A stretch of 36,630 nucleotides of DNA from Coniocarpon cinnabarinum (Eukaryota): positions 186,001 to 222,630 of the forward strand of contig JAVECO010000011.1 in NCBI GenBank assembly GCA_051942205.1, in the 5' to 3' direction. The position numbers and the translations under genes were made by a program. The notes below the pieces were generated by a model, which saw only the letters and a program-made list of their open reading frames with translations, did no database searches and was not told where the DNA came from. Of this stretch, positions 22,172 to 34,256 are shown one piece after another (position 1 is the stretch's first letter; each line of letters starts with the position of its first letter).

Positions 22172-23006
22172 ATGCACTTACTTGCGCTGCCCGATGAGCT
22201 CTTCCAAGACGTACGGGTAGAATGCCTCCTGGACTATTCCCATGCATTGATTCGTAAAGGCAGCTTGCTAATGGGCTGAGCAGATCTTAGAGCACTTGTT
22301 CTCCTGCAACCTACACCCCAATGCTTCAATTGCTGCGCCTTGTCTTGCCCAACATGCCCCGAATCAGCACCAAGCCCTCACGCCTCTACGACTAGTAAAT
22401 CGGTTCTTCGACGAAAGACTCCGCCCTCCTATCTTTCGCGACATCTCTTGCAAAGGAAAGCGACGACACGAGAACTTGCCAGCCCTGTCGCAATCCCCGC
22501 AGCTCGCATCTTTAGTCAAGACTCTCAAGCTCGACGTCTGCCCACGCGATTTTGGTCCGGAATGGAGCGAAGAGATTCACGGTTACCCGGCTGGTGATCG
22601 AGCAGAATATTACTTTGATGACCTGAAGAAGTTTCTGATACCTTGTTTGTCGCAGATGCAGAACATTCACACCCTGTACCTGGCAACCACGTACTCGGGG
22701 TTGCATCTGGCTGGCAAGTCAAGAGGCGACCTCCTGATGCCATGCTTTGAAGCGTTGTGTGACATTGTCAAAGAAGCACGGCTACCGATGTTGGAAGTGA
22801 TACAGGTCGGCGTACCATATGAAGGCGGGTATGCAGGCTTCTTTCAGAACAAAGGCAGCAAAAGAGTATTAGAAGGCATCAAGGGCGGGTGCGCAGAGAA
22901 AGACGGCGTCAGGGAGTGGGAAGTACCCAGGTTAAGGATGGCAAGTGTGAAACTGAGTGATTATGAAGACAATTTCACAGTGATGGATTTCATGTTGGGA
23001 GAGTGA
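22172..23006 (+). CDS. F-box domain protein
   Basis: Exons 22172-22210 and 22284-23006, intron 22211-22283 (GTACGG..GCTAAT..CAG), 253 aa. Starts MHLLALPDELFQDILEHL, followed by LRLVNRFF...PPIFRDI and LASLVKTLKL, a typical fungal F-box/LRR-like layout. Confidence 0.75.
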
Positions 23007-23350
23007 CGCGGAAACAGCGTGGTCTGGTTGCGTAAATACTGACAAGAGTTGGATCACAGGTAGATATCCTTGTATAGGCGATTAGAGTTATAGATTCCCG
23101 TAAGGGATACTTACTGAGGCACAGCAGGTAGGTGTTGCCGCCTGCTGGGGTCTGTGGAGGGGCCTATATCCCCCAATTGGAAGCCCCCCTTCAGGCGTCA
23201 CACTTGCAAGCCCAAAGCGCTCCTCGTTCCACTCTGCTTCACATACCTACATTCCAGACTGTAACGTTTAAATACTTCCGCTGTCATCGTACGTCGCTAT
23301 ATCTCCCTCTCGTCGTTGAAGGTGCCACTCCCTGTCCAAGCCTCGCCGTC

Positions 23351-24415
23351 ATGGCGCCTCAACCGGCGTTCCTCTCCAAACTCAAGGTCCACCTTAAGCT
23401 TTCCATTCAGCGCCTGCGCATGACACAGCAGCGCGATGAATCACTCTCCAAGCAATCGCGTCGCGCCATGGCAGAGCTCCTGGACCAGCACAAGATTGCC
23501 TCCGCTCGCATCCGCACCGAGAACATCATTCGCTCCGATCTACTCACAGAGCTACATGAGATGCTAGAGTTATACTGTGAGCTTCTACTGGCAAGATCGG
23601 GGCTCCTTGAGAACCAAGATGCGATATATAGTGGACGCGTGAAAAGTCCGGGCGGAAAAGAAGCCGTGGTACCGCTGGAAGATCTCGACAGCGGTATTTA
23701 CGAGGCGGTCGTGGTGATCGTACATGCGGCGCCAAGGACGGATATCAAGGAGCTGCAGACAGTGAGGCAGCTGTTGATAGAGAGATACGGGCGGCCGTTT
23801 GCCGAAGAGGCGATGCGCGACGAGAAGAACGTCGTGCCGGATCGTGTGAAAAGGAAGTTAAGAGTTGAGCCACCTGGCGATGAGCTCGTGGAGAGTTACC
23901 TGAAGGCTATTGCGGCTGCTTATGATGTACCTTATGGTACTGAAATGTTGCAGATGGAGGAAGAAGAAGCCAATCCCGGCGATGACAATGACGATGATGA
24001 GGATCCCGGTGAAGGTGGCATCAAGGAGAGCATCGAAGTCGGTGCTCCTGGCGGACCAAAAGGTCACGCCGGGCAAGATGAAGAAGGTGAGCGCGCCACA
24101 AATCGAAATTTGGAGGACGCGAAGAAGGAGGCGGTTTTCAAGGAATCGACGCCTTCGCCGCCTCGTCTACCAGCTGGTGCTAAAAGCCCAGTGAGCATCG
24201 CACCACCCAGTCCACGCACGGATAACGCGAATCCAAGAGTCAAAGTGCCGCCAGGACCCACGGAGCTAAAATCGAGTGACAAAATGAAGAAAGCAACCGC
24301 TGCACCAACTGGGAAAAAGCCGGACGAAAAGAAGTCAGAAGATACGAATGGACCTGGAGGGAAAGTGCCGGATGTGGACGATCTGGAAGCAAGATTCAAG
24401 CTACTGAAAAGGTGA
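23351..24415 (+). CDS. IST1: ESCRT-III-associated regulator of Vps4 activity, Ist1 (DUF292)
   Basis: ATG 23351, 354 aa. KLKVHLKLSIQRLRM, SARIRTENIIR, EMLELYCELLLAR, AAPRTDIKEL, LVESYLKAIA and C-terminal MIM1 motif DDLEARFKLLKR. Confidence 0.93.
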   Translation: MAPQPAFLSKLKVHLKLSIQRLRMTQQRDESLSKQSRRAMAELLDQHKIASARIRTENIIRSDLLTELHEMLELYCELLLARSGLLENQDAIYSGRVKSPGGKEAVVPLEDLDSGIYEAVVVIVHAAPRTDIKELQTVRQLLIERYGRPFAEEAMRDEKNVVPDRVKRKLRVEPPGDELVESYLKAIAAAYDVPYGTEMLQMEEEEANPGDDNDDDEDPGEGGIKESIEVGAPGGPKGHAGQDEEGERATNRNLEDAKKEAVFKESTPSPPRLPAGAKSPVSIAPPSPRTDNANPRVKVPPGPTELKSSDKMKKATAAPTGKKPDEKKSEDTNGPGGKVPDVDDLEARFKLLKR

Positions 24416-24489
24416 GATCGTTGCTCCCGGAAACCTCTTCACTTATCATTGCAATATTTTGGCGGATCTCTTGTCAAACATCAGACATC

Positions 24490-24962
24490 TCACTTGCCAG
24501 CAGTACCCTGGAAGCTCGGTGCCAACCCGCAGCAGCTCCAGCCTGCAGATTCAAAGCAAGTGCATTCAACGAAATTGTTGGCGTCGTCGAAGATAGCGTT
24601 GCATTGGCTGTTGGCGGTGGAACAGCACTGATTCTCTCAATGAAAAATCGTAGGATTCATGACGCAGCGGATAGATAGCCGCTTGTTTTTGACGCCCAGG
24701 AGCAGCGTGGAGTCATGAGTCGCCTGGACGAAGACTTACAGACATATATTCCCTATGGGGAGCGCAGTCGCATGTTGCAGTGCTATTACCGTCAATGTAT
24801 TGGCTTTTTCCGTCGGATCCAAAGCAACACCGAAATCCGACAGCTCAGTCTCTTGACTCAACGAGTGCTGCTTAAAACAAGTCATACTCCAGCAATCGTA
24901 ATGCTGCAATGAGCTGAGTAATGCGGTAGTGCTGTTATGAGCGCGATTGAAAGGAGTCTCAT
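24490..24962 (-). pseudogene. Possible degenerate or unannotated small cysteine-rich secreted protein gene
   Basis: Segments 24844-24740 and 24627-24490, joined by a GTAAGT..CAG intron (24628-24739), encode 80 aa with 11 Cys in a repeated CC...CxC pattern. A signal-peptide-like start MRLLSIALITA lies at ATG 24962, but I found no clean in-frame join. Confidence 0.4.
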
Positions 24963-25596
24963 TGTTGTTTTCAGGAAAATACATATCAGTGAGCCAAACA
25001 AACAAGGTGCACTTGACGCTTGCAATTGTGAGGGTTATCTCAAGGGCTCATTTGTTATGTACGCATTGGCTCTTATTGGCAACGGCAGCGATGCTCGCTT
25101 TGCTCGGTGGCACGCAAGAGGTCAACATCACCCCAAGCTCGTCCTCACAGCAATTCCATGTCATCAGTGGTGATAAACTTTGGCTCGTTATTGGAGCAGA
25201 TGCTTGCCTGGTTGGGCGATCGAAAGCGAGAGGCTTGCACTACAACAAGCAAGACTCCACGAACTTGAGGCCTATTGAGCGGTCTGTCTCCAATTGTATG
25301 ATTGTTCTCGACTGACTCCATTCACATGAGGACACCGAACACGTCACTGAACTACGTTGGGTTTTAATCAGACATACTGGGTGCAATCAACCCAGTTCAT
25401 CTCTAGTTTCAACCATGTCCAGCCAGATAAGGTCACGTGCAGACGTGTCAGATCCAATGAGGCAAACGCGCCTTCCATTCTTGTGACTCAACTTCTTTCG
25501 TGTTTCTCTTCTTCGATGACTTTACCAGTCTGCTAACATCCCTTCACTGATCTAATTTGCGACTGAATACTTCTTGTTGAGGTTGCATACGCCAAA

Positions 25597-27621
25597 ATGT
25601 CCGTGCTTGACCTCCCCGATGGTACGTAATTCGGTCCAATGATCTTTGTTGGGCTCGCCCTGTTTTCATGCAAACCCGAACTGACTGTTTTGATGGTCAG
25701 AGCTCTATAAGGAGCTACTCGCATACGCCGACGACGAATCACTGCTCTCAATTCGCGCCACATGTAAACACTTCAACCACATTGTTCTCTGCCGGCTGCA
25801 ATCGTGGTCGAAGCAACATATACCAGCCCCGTTCTCAACACTGACGTTGGGATTGGATCCAGCATATCTGCAAGGTACGTCATGCAAATCCGTACACAGC
25901 CAAAGATGCGGTTGCAACGCTCTTCAATTTGCTGCCAAGAACATTTAATTGACGAGTGTATAGGCATTGACTACATCTCGCATTCTGAAAAACTTTCGCG
26001 CTTACCATGGTGCTTGCATTGGACTCACCTCGATAAAGTCGCGTCCTCAACTCCGAGCAGGATTGATTACGATTATATCAGATCTGGCGAGTGGCGACAC
26101 TATGGGGGTGATTGGGGTGCACTACAACTGTAAGTTTCAAATCTGTATTCGTGCATTCGGGCCGAACGCAGTGCAAACATTGAAGATGACGATATGATGG
26201 ATCATGCCGTACAAATGTTACTCAGGCATAGAACCAGTCGCACTGGAGAGTCTATGAGACAGCGCAAGATTTGTGCTAACCTCAACTTTCTAGTATGCTT
26301 TTGTTGCGTCGACGCGAGCTTCCTGCGATTCGTGAAGCTCACGTGCACTGCACAACTCAGGAAACAACCAAGTTGAAAGACCTCCAATTGAATTACGGCA
26401 AATATTTGTGCGATGAAAGCGGTTGCAGCATCCTCAGAGACATTTTGAGTCGCTTTCCTGATCTCACACATCTCAGCATTGGTGACAAAGCTTCTTCATA
26501 CACTGAAAACTTTTTCGATATTGATATCGAATTTTATATAGACAGCGCTTGGAGATACACGGAATTACCGGGGTTCAGTCAAGTATACGACACGCTTGTC
26601 TATCTTTACGAGGGACATCGAAAGCCTCATGTTGAACAGGGTGATACACATATACTGACAGGACTCTTGCGAGCGATCATGTCTTTGAAGGTTAAGTTCA
26701 GCCACATTGATGTATTTCAGCCGTATCCTGATCACGCAGACAAGGCCAAGATTTCTCAAAGCTTGTGTGGACTTGATCTGAAGAACCTTAGCTCTTTGGT
26801 GATGGAGTTGCATGCCAATACTGAGCCCGAGCCCGACCAACTCCAGTGGAGTGAGATGTTTAGGGCTGCAGAGAATCTTCAGCATTTGACAATCAATTCT
26901 GGAGCTAATTGCAACAACTCAAAACATTTCAGGAAGGTGGAAAACCTGACGGAATTTTTCAGGGCAAATGTGCTCAATGCAAAGCTTGAGAAGCTCAGAT
27001 CACTGAGCTTGGAAGCGATAGTGCATTTTTCTGTGCTTGTAAGTCTGCATTCGCTTTCCCACACTTCTCTACACTCTTGAGTACTTTTGGTGACTAGCAC
27101 TCTGCTCGTTCGGTCTACCTCCAATGGCTTCATAGAAAATGGCGTCATAATGCTGATTGATTGGTGATGCCATTATCTCGCACGACATGAAACTTGCTTA
27201 TGAGGGTCAACAGGGCGAGTTCTTGCAACGACATGCCCACACCTTGAAGCATTTGGTGCTGGAGTGGGAGATGTGTTGTGAAGACGAAGAATTCAAGTAT
27301 TGCGAGGCCCTCTGGAAATGGGCTGAAGTGTTGTCCCTGGATTCAGCGACAATCTATATTGACGCAGAATTTCGGTGCATGATAGGAGACTATTTGAAGG
27401 GCTGCAAATGCCGAAAACCTTCTCATGGAGACAACGACCTTTGCTCTGCATGTGCTTTGGAAAAAGTATGGGGAGTCCGCACCTCTAAACATGAGAAAAA
27501 TCCTGTGCGAGAGCTTCTGTCAGCGTGCCGACCGTTGGATGACGATAATTTTGAGGACGCTGGCGGAATTTTCGAGAACAAATTATCGACAGACCAACGA
27601 CGCACTACGCGTGGCTCTTGA
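25597..27621 (+). CDS. F-box/LRR-like domain protein
   Basis: Five exons (25597-25621, 25701-25874, 25964-26129, 26294-27038, 27214-27621), all GT-AG and phase-consistent, 505 aa. Starts MSVLDLPDELYKELLAYADDESLLSIRATCKHF (F-box), with LRR-like segments FPDLTHLSI, NLSSLVM, NLQHLTI, KLRSLSL and FLQRHAHTLKHLVL. Confidence 0.8.
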
Positions 27622-30105
27622 ATCTGTCTCCCTTTGCGAATAGTGATATTCATGCATCAATCAGACTACGACAAATACTTATGGCAAAGCGTTCCCAGAG
27701 AGCTCTGTATTACTGGGGCCTCTGATTTACTCCAATCATGTGAGGAGGTATCGTGGAGCTATTACGGATTGCAGATATTACTCCTCTTGTGTGCATGGAG
27801 CTTTGAGTAGAAAATGTGAAAAACTGCTTTATTTGAGTTTTACCTGCACAAAAGTGTCGTCTTGAAATGCGCTAGTTTAGCTAACTAAACCTCATGTACC
27901 CAAGACGAGGTCTTCCTCCACCACGAACAGCAAGAAGATTGTGCAGTCTTGATCATGCGGTCATGCAACTCACTAGTCTTGAGATCTTGCGGCAGCCGCA
28001 CTATGTTATTGAGCACCTCTCATTATCCCTGATGCGATTCTCGTCTCGAGTTGATAGTCATGTTGATGAAACGCATCTGTTCTTTGAGACACATGCAATC
28101 ATATGTCACCAACTCTTTAGCCCGCATCACAGTCGTGTGATACCGCTTCTTCGAGCTATGGAACTGGGCAAGGAAGGGTTGGAAAGAACCGGTTGGAGGG
28201 AAGTAACAGCATCCTTCTGTATTGCGGAAACGGATTGCAGTTTGCCTTAGCGAGAAGCTCGCGGCACGTGGTTGGTCTATGACAAATGGAAAGGAAAGGG
28301 AAGGAAACAGAACATGATCACGGCACGCCTATTATATACCATGAGCGGGGCCAAACCACGAACCACAATGCGACGCTACAATATGCAAAACAGATAGATT
28401 TGGCACCTTAATTTGCTTGCTTAGCGAACAATCTGTGGCAAGAATCCAGCTCGTAAAGCTCATACGTTCATAAATCATATAGCAACTAGGCGCCATGGAT
28501 TCCCCAGGAAGCATCAAAGAACTTTAGAACACCTGTCCTTCTTTTGCCAACCAACTATCAGCGTATCATGCTACATCCGGCCATCTTAAAGCCACTCGAG
28601 ACAAGTCCCGAGACATCTGTGCCTAGACCGGAACTCAACTAAGGTACGTTCCGGCTGCCGAGGAAGCGTAATTAGAGTCTCACAGTGATGGCTTGGATCT
28701 GGAATCTCTGAGTTCGATTGTGGGAACCAAAGCCAGAAAAGCCCTTTCCTTGGTCGTCATCTTGGCGTATTATGACACATCGGAAGTTCCGGGGCCGAAC
28801 GCATAATGCGTCCGTTATGCATACAAGCGAGCCGACTGCAAATCGTTAGCGCTGCCGCCGTCGACTATGGCCAGAGTTATGCTCGCGTGCGAACCACTGC
28901 GCTTGCCGAAGCCCAGGAGAGCAATCGCTGGCAGAATCTTCGACGCGGCTCGGTCTTCTCATAACCCGTAAGCTGTTTCAGATAGCTGCGGAGTTGCCTC
29001 TTCAAGAGCTTGCGACGCGCCTGTACTAAACTTCCGCAACCTGCTAATCGCATTGGTCAAAGTACGTTTCCGAAGGAAACCCTCATGAAGTTCCCAGGTG
29101 GAGCGGGAGCTACATGCGTCGCATGTGTATGCATCCGTGCTGAGCCGACGGCACGTATCCTTTATGCTCTGGATGATACTGAGCCTTGTTGGCAACACGC
29201 TACTCAGACGGTCTTTGCGGGGTTGGCATACTGAATATGAGTGTAACGTGCTTCGCGGCACGAGACATGTGCGATCATGAAGCAAGCATTCGCCGAAACT
29301 TGAACATCGTACATCATCCGCGAATCACTCTCCTTTTCCAGGATTCATCAGCCCACGTAGTAGCTGACAGGTCAGTCGTAGATCAATTATGACATTTTAC
29401 TTTGCCTCATACAGCAGGACCCTTGAACGGCCCATTCGTGATCGCAAGTACCGCGGCGGCCTGTTGAGTGTTGTCATGCGCTGCTGCTTGCATCGACCAT
29501 CCTCTTGTATTACGCTGTCGGTTTCAATCAGTCTAATCGGAGCCCAGAAGGCCTTCCAGCGCGCTACAACATGACCCGTCAATACCAAACGTTGGTACGA
29601 GCATGTTGAGCATCTCTGATTGATTGGCGGAACACCTTGCTGCGTAACGCATCCTGCAGCCACCGACCTATCGCAACGTCCACTTCGTAATAGACTCGCT
29701 TTTGAGGCTCGTGAATCCGTTTGCTGGAGTCTTGGTAACCGGTTCCTAACCGCTAGCACTGCGTATACGGGTCCTGACCATACGTCTGAAGCCAGCCCAT
29801 CGTCCGCTGTAGACAATTCAGATTGTTTCGAAGATTCAAATTGTCCTCTGAGTTAGGTGTTGGGATGCACTCTTACGACACGTCGCCCCTGCACTGACAA
29901 TGACCGTGTCAAAACGCTGCGCCCATGTCTCACGCACTTCGTATCAGCGTTCACGGGAGCGTCTAGCCCCGAGGCAAGACGCGAAAGCGTCAAAGTCACC
30001 ACACCTTCTTGCCAGCTGTCTCGAGCTCTGATCGCATGCGGTGCATCTTGATGAGGTGGCCTTCTTCGTCAAACGAAGATCATCCTAGCGTACCGAAGTG
30101 TAGCC

Positions 30106-30111
30106 TATAAA
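30106..30111 (+). promoter_or_regulatory. TATA box of the small hydrophilic protein gene
   Basis: TATAAA about 130 nt upstream of ATG 30239, followed by a CA-rich leader and a cacc-ATG context. Confidence 0.55.
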
Positions 30112-30238
30112 GCGATGCATCCTCACACCATAAGATCATCAGAACAAAGCAACCACAGCAATTCGATATTCCAGTACAACCTCCCAGGGACCCATCCGTT
30201 TTCCTTAGCAACAACCAACACACCTACAAACAAGCACC

Positions 30239-30514
30239 ATGTCCTCCGGCTCCGACAAATCCGACAAAGACAAGCATCAGAATGACTCCGCCCTGCGAGC
30301 ACTAGAAGGGAAGGTCTTTGGGACAGGCTCGACTGGCTTGTTTAGGAAGAAGGACGAGAAGGGAGACAAGCAAATGCAAGATGCCGGGTCATCAGCTAAG
30401 GATCGACGCCAGGGCGGCGAATGTAAGTATAATGGTCCCGGGTTTTTTTGGGGGAATTCGTTTGCTGATCTTAGAGCAGCTTCCAAGCAGGAAGACAAGG
30501 ATAAGAGCAAGTGA
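30239..30514 (+). CDS. Small, highly charged hydrophilin-like protein
   Basis: TATA box, CA-rich leader and strong ATG context. Likely intron 30423-30479 (GTAAGT..GCTGAT..CAG). The spliced product is 72 aa, rich in K/D/S/G: MSSGSDKSDKDKHQNDSALRALEGKVFGTGSTGLFRKKDEKGDK...SSKQEDKDKSK. Confidence 0.7.
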   Translation: MSSGSDKSDKDKHQNDSALRALEGKVFGTGSTGLFRKKDEKGDKQMQDAGSSAKDRRQGGECKYNGPGFFWGNSFADLRAASKQEDKDKSK

Positions 30515-31651
30515 GCCGGGCTAGGACCTTGGTTTGCAGAGCACACCCGGATGTTCTTGCAGGTTGAGAAAGGCCTTACGGAGTAGAGGCACCCACATTC
30601 GTTTACTGGCTGGATGGCCAGGACCAAGGTTCAGTGAAGGGCGTCATGGGATGCGGCTCAGCTGGCCTGAACCGCTACTCAAGACGTCTGTCTGTATCTA
30701 GTGGTTGAATCATTCATCCATGGTGGCTTCTGCACCAGACTTGCGTTCAATCAGCTTTGCTTTCAAGTGATAAAACTATACTTTCTCCTCATTGCGGGGT
30801 CACATGTACTTACATTAACGTGAGGCACGTCGTAGGTGCCAAGAGTTTTTAGCTTACGCGTAAGGTATTCCATGGATCGTCACATGATGCCAAATCGGGA
30901 GAATTCTGGTCTATCTTGAATTGGCCCAAACGCCGCGAAACACTTTTCCTCAGACCTAGCACAACAAGATGTTCAGAATTCTCGCCTCGACTGTTCGCCA
31001 GGGCATTTCACGAAACGAATTACATGTTGCCCATTATCAAGTGCACTGCTGAGCTCCTACGTATCCTTCCTTCATTCGAGCACGCCGTCCCTACTACCCC
31101 TGTTGGAGCCATGGGTAGCTTCCTCATCCTATTCACCCCTAAGTTTTCATCTCGTCGCCGGGTGGCTATGCGAAATGCTGCAATTACATAAAACGCTCCA
31201 GGCCTGCAGCAGCGATGGAAGCCAAGGCACCGCAGCATTAAGACCAGCAGCGCTAGGTACGGGAATAGCACATCCAATGAGGCATTAAAAAAAATTGCGC
31301 AGAAAAGGCCACACATGCATGCAATCGGGTGTCCATGGCGAGTCGGCGACGCCTGTTCCTGGCAGTGGCTTGCATCGCGATGGCTTTTGTGGGCCTCAGG
31401 CAGGAGCTAGCCCCACCATCTTTATGAGAGCTTATGTCATTGCTGCAAACGCAGGAAAGTACGTCCGAAGAGTTACAAAAGTTCTTACCCAGGCCTGTCT
31501 CTCGCTTCTCTTCTCTTCGTCTCTTCTTGATCCCGTCCATTCTCACTGTCGTTTCTCACTTCTCTGCAAATTGTTTCATTGGGAAGGTCTTTGTTTGTCT
31601 TCATACCTTGGTGACTTTTCTTAATCCTAATACCTCCCTTCGTTGCCCGTT

Positions 31652-33670
31652 ATGTACTCTTCCATTCTTGGAGCAGGATGCCTGGCCATTGGTGCCGCGG
31701 CTCAGGCGGCGAAAGGGTTCAATTATGGATCTACCTTCACCACTGGGGCAAACAAAGCACAGGCAGACTTTGAGGCCGAATTCAACCAAGCGAAGGGCCT
31801 TACTGGGGCCCCCGGTTTCACTAGCGCTCGGTTATGTATGTTTGGATGACTTCACTTGCAGCAATCGCTTTGACTGATCTTATCATAGACACCATGATCC
31901 AGGGTGGAACAACCAACACTCCCATTTCAGCCATTCCAGCAGCCATTGCCACTCAGACACGCCTTTTGCTGGGTCTCTGGGCCTCAGCTGGGGAGGGCGG
32001 CATTCAGAACGAGATCGCAGCATTGTCGGCTGCCATTTCTCAGTACGGCTCTGCTTTCACTAACCTCATCGACGGTATCTCTGTCGGCTCCGAGGACCTT
32101 TACCGTATTTCACCGACTGGTATTGAGAACATGAGCGGTGTTGGTGCAGGGCCAGCAGATGTTGCCAATTATATTACCCAAGTCCGCAATGCTATCGCAA
32201 ACACTGCTGCAAGCGGATCACCCATTGGACATGTCGACACTTGGACGGCCTGGGTAAACAACAGCAACGATGCTGTTATCAACGCTTGTGACTTCATCGG
32301 CATGGACGCATACCCTTACTTCCAGAACACCATTCCCAACGGCATCGACATCGGTCAACAAGTCTTCAATGATGCTCTTAGCGCCACTCGAAATGCTGTT
32401 GGTGGCAAGCCGGTCTGGATCACAGAAACGGGCTGGCCAGTGAGTGGGCCTCAGGAGAACCAAGCTGTGGCCAACGTCGACAACGCTCGAACTTACTGGG
32501 ACCAAGTCGGCTGCGAGTACTTTGGCAACACAAACATCTGGTAAGTAATCCTGCTCGAGTCCATCAGTCATGTGGTACTCGTATTAATACGCATCTTCAA
32601 GGTGGTACACCCTGCAAGATGCTTTGCCCGGCACACCGTCGCCAAGTTTCGGAATCATAGGTGCTGCCGGTGGGGAAACACCCCTGTTCGACTTGTCATG
32701 CTCCAACGCAGCACGCTCTTCGAGCTCTCTCGGCCCAAGTGCATCAGCCCAAGCGAGCTCGGTCTCCTCAGCGGTTTCTGCTGCCGCAACTGGAGGTGGC
32801 GCTGCCCCAACTGAGGGCTCAGGATCTCCCGGCCCATCTGCATTGCAAGGCTTCTCGGCTGTCAGTGGATCGTCAAGCGTGGCGACTAGTGCTCACCAAG
32901 CATCTGCCGGTTCATCTGCACCCTCTGCTGGCCCATCTGCACCCGCGACTTCAGCTGGCAGTGGCGGAGCTTCCGCTCCAAGCGCGGGCGCAGGCGCACC
33001 GACCGTCATGACAACCTATCAGACGACCAGTCTATGCCCAGTCACGACGACCGGTGCCGGCGGCGCTGTCTCTACAGGCTTGCAGACTTCAACATTCACC
33101 GTCACTTCTGCATCTGCCCCAGCCGGATCGCAAGCGCCGGGCCCAGCTCCATCACCAACATCTACATCGACGAGCGCAGGAGCTTGCCCAGCCAGCCTGT
33201 CTGGGAACTACGAATTTCCCCACTTGATTGTACCAGTCGACAAGAACCAGCCAAACACAGCCTTGGGCACCAGCTACAACGGCACATTCTCTTCAACCGT
33301 CAGCAGCCTCTTCAACTTTGACGTTCCGCCAGCCGACGCCGACAAGACATGCACGTTGGTGTTCTTGATGCCCGACCAGGAGGATCTCCAGACTAGTAGC
33401 TACGAGCTTTCCGGATCTGGTGGCATCGATGTCCAGGGCCTCGTATCGCCCGCGACCCAAGGCACAACGTATGCCAATGCGCCGGCAGTGTCGGGCGATG
33501 TGGGATCGGTGCCGAGCTTGGCCCCTGGCAACTCGTACACGATTAGCTCGAGCCCATGTGCTTCGGGCCAGACGATAGGGTATGAAGTGGGCGCGACGGG
33601 CAGCCTGAGTCTGAGCTACTTCCAAGACACGAATGCCTCGCCCGTGGGGCTGTACATCAGTGTGTGCTAA
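31652..33670 (+). CDS. eglC: Secreted GH17 endo-1,3-beta-glucanase/transglucosylase (EglC-like) with Ser/Ala/Thr/Gly linker and C-terminal But2-like domain
   Basis: Exons 31652-31835, 31889-32540 and 32602-33670, 634 aa. Signal peptide, KGFNYGS, FTSARLYTMIQ, catalytic [10 protein letters not shown] and [15 protein letters not shown]. The C-terminus [19 protein letters not shown]...FNFDVP...CTLVF is But2-like. Confidence 0.9.
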
Positions 33671-34256
33671 ATTGTGGGCAGGTGGCGAGGTGGTGAGATG
33701 GCCGCAGGCTGAAGAGGGCCTCTTCAACGACCGTGTATGATAGACAAAACTACCTAAGAGTACCTATTTGGCATCACAGACGTGCGAGCGAGCACGCATG
33801 CCACTACCTACTCGCAATGATTGTTCTATGCGCAGTCCGACGTTGTGGACATCAGCCATGTACCTGGCTCGCTAAAATCGAGTCACTGGCAGGGCATCGT
33901 GGGCGCCTGCTGGGGGCGCCAATGGGCCCCACTATAGCGATGACAGGGCCGCCGCCGTTGGGGACGTGGGGTAAGCTGGAGGGGCGTGGGAGAGCTGCGC
34001 TTAGGGGCCTGCACCCGCCATCTACTGTATGTATCTTCACTAAGCGCTAGCACGTCCCCACCCTCCATTGGCTTTCTCGTCTCGACTCTTGCACCACGGG
34101 CCAGACCACAGTCAACCCGTCTGACGCTGCCACTCTGCCACTCTGCATCCCCTCAGCGCTGGCGCCCAGCGAGCTGTCTCTCTGACCACAGTCGCCACCA
34201 CACACGCACACCTCGCATCATGTTCGTCGGCTGAGCAGTCGCGGGGACGGCCAGCA

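Noticed and set aside
23132..23350. GTG-initiated N-terminal extension of IST1 in the ORF track
   Set aside because: The Ist1 homology begins at ATG 23351; the upstream part looks like a pyrimidine-rich 5'UTR.
29580..29855. Minus-strand frame reading ...RVYYEVDVAIGRWLQDALRSKVFRQ... with an internal TAG, a possible pseudogene fragment
   Set aside because: Short, bounded by stops, no start or convincing intron structure and no recognisable family.
27622..30100. 2.5 kb gene-poor stretch examined for transposon remnants, tRNA or structured RNA
   Set aside because: I saw no terminal repeats, transposase/RT motifs or tRNA A/B boxes; only trivial short hairpins and a GGAAA-like simple repeat near 28288-28308.
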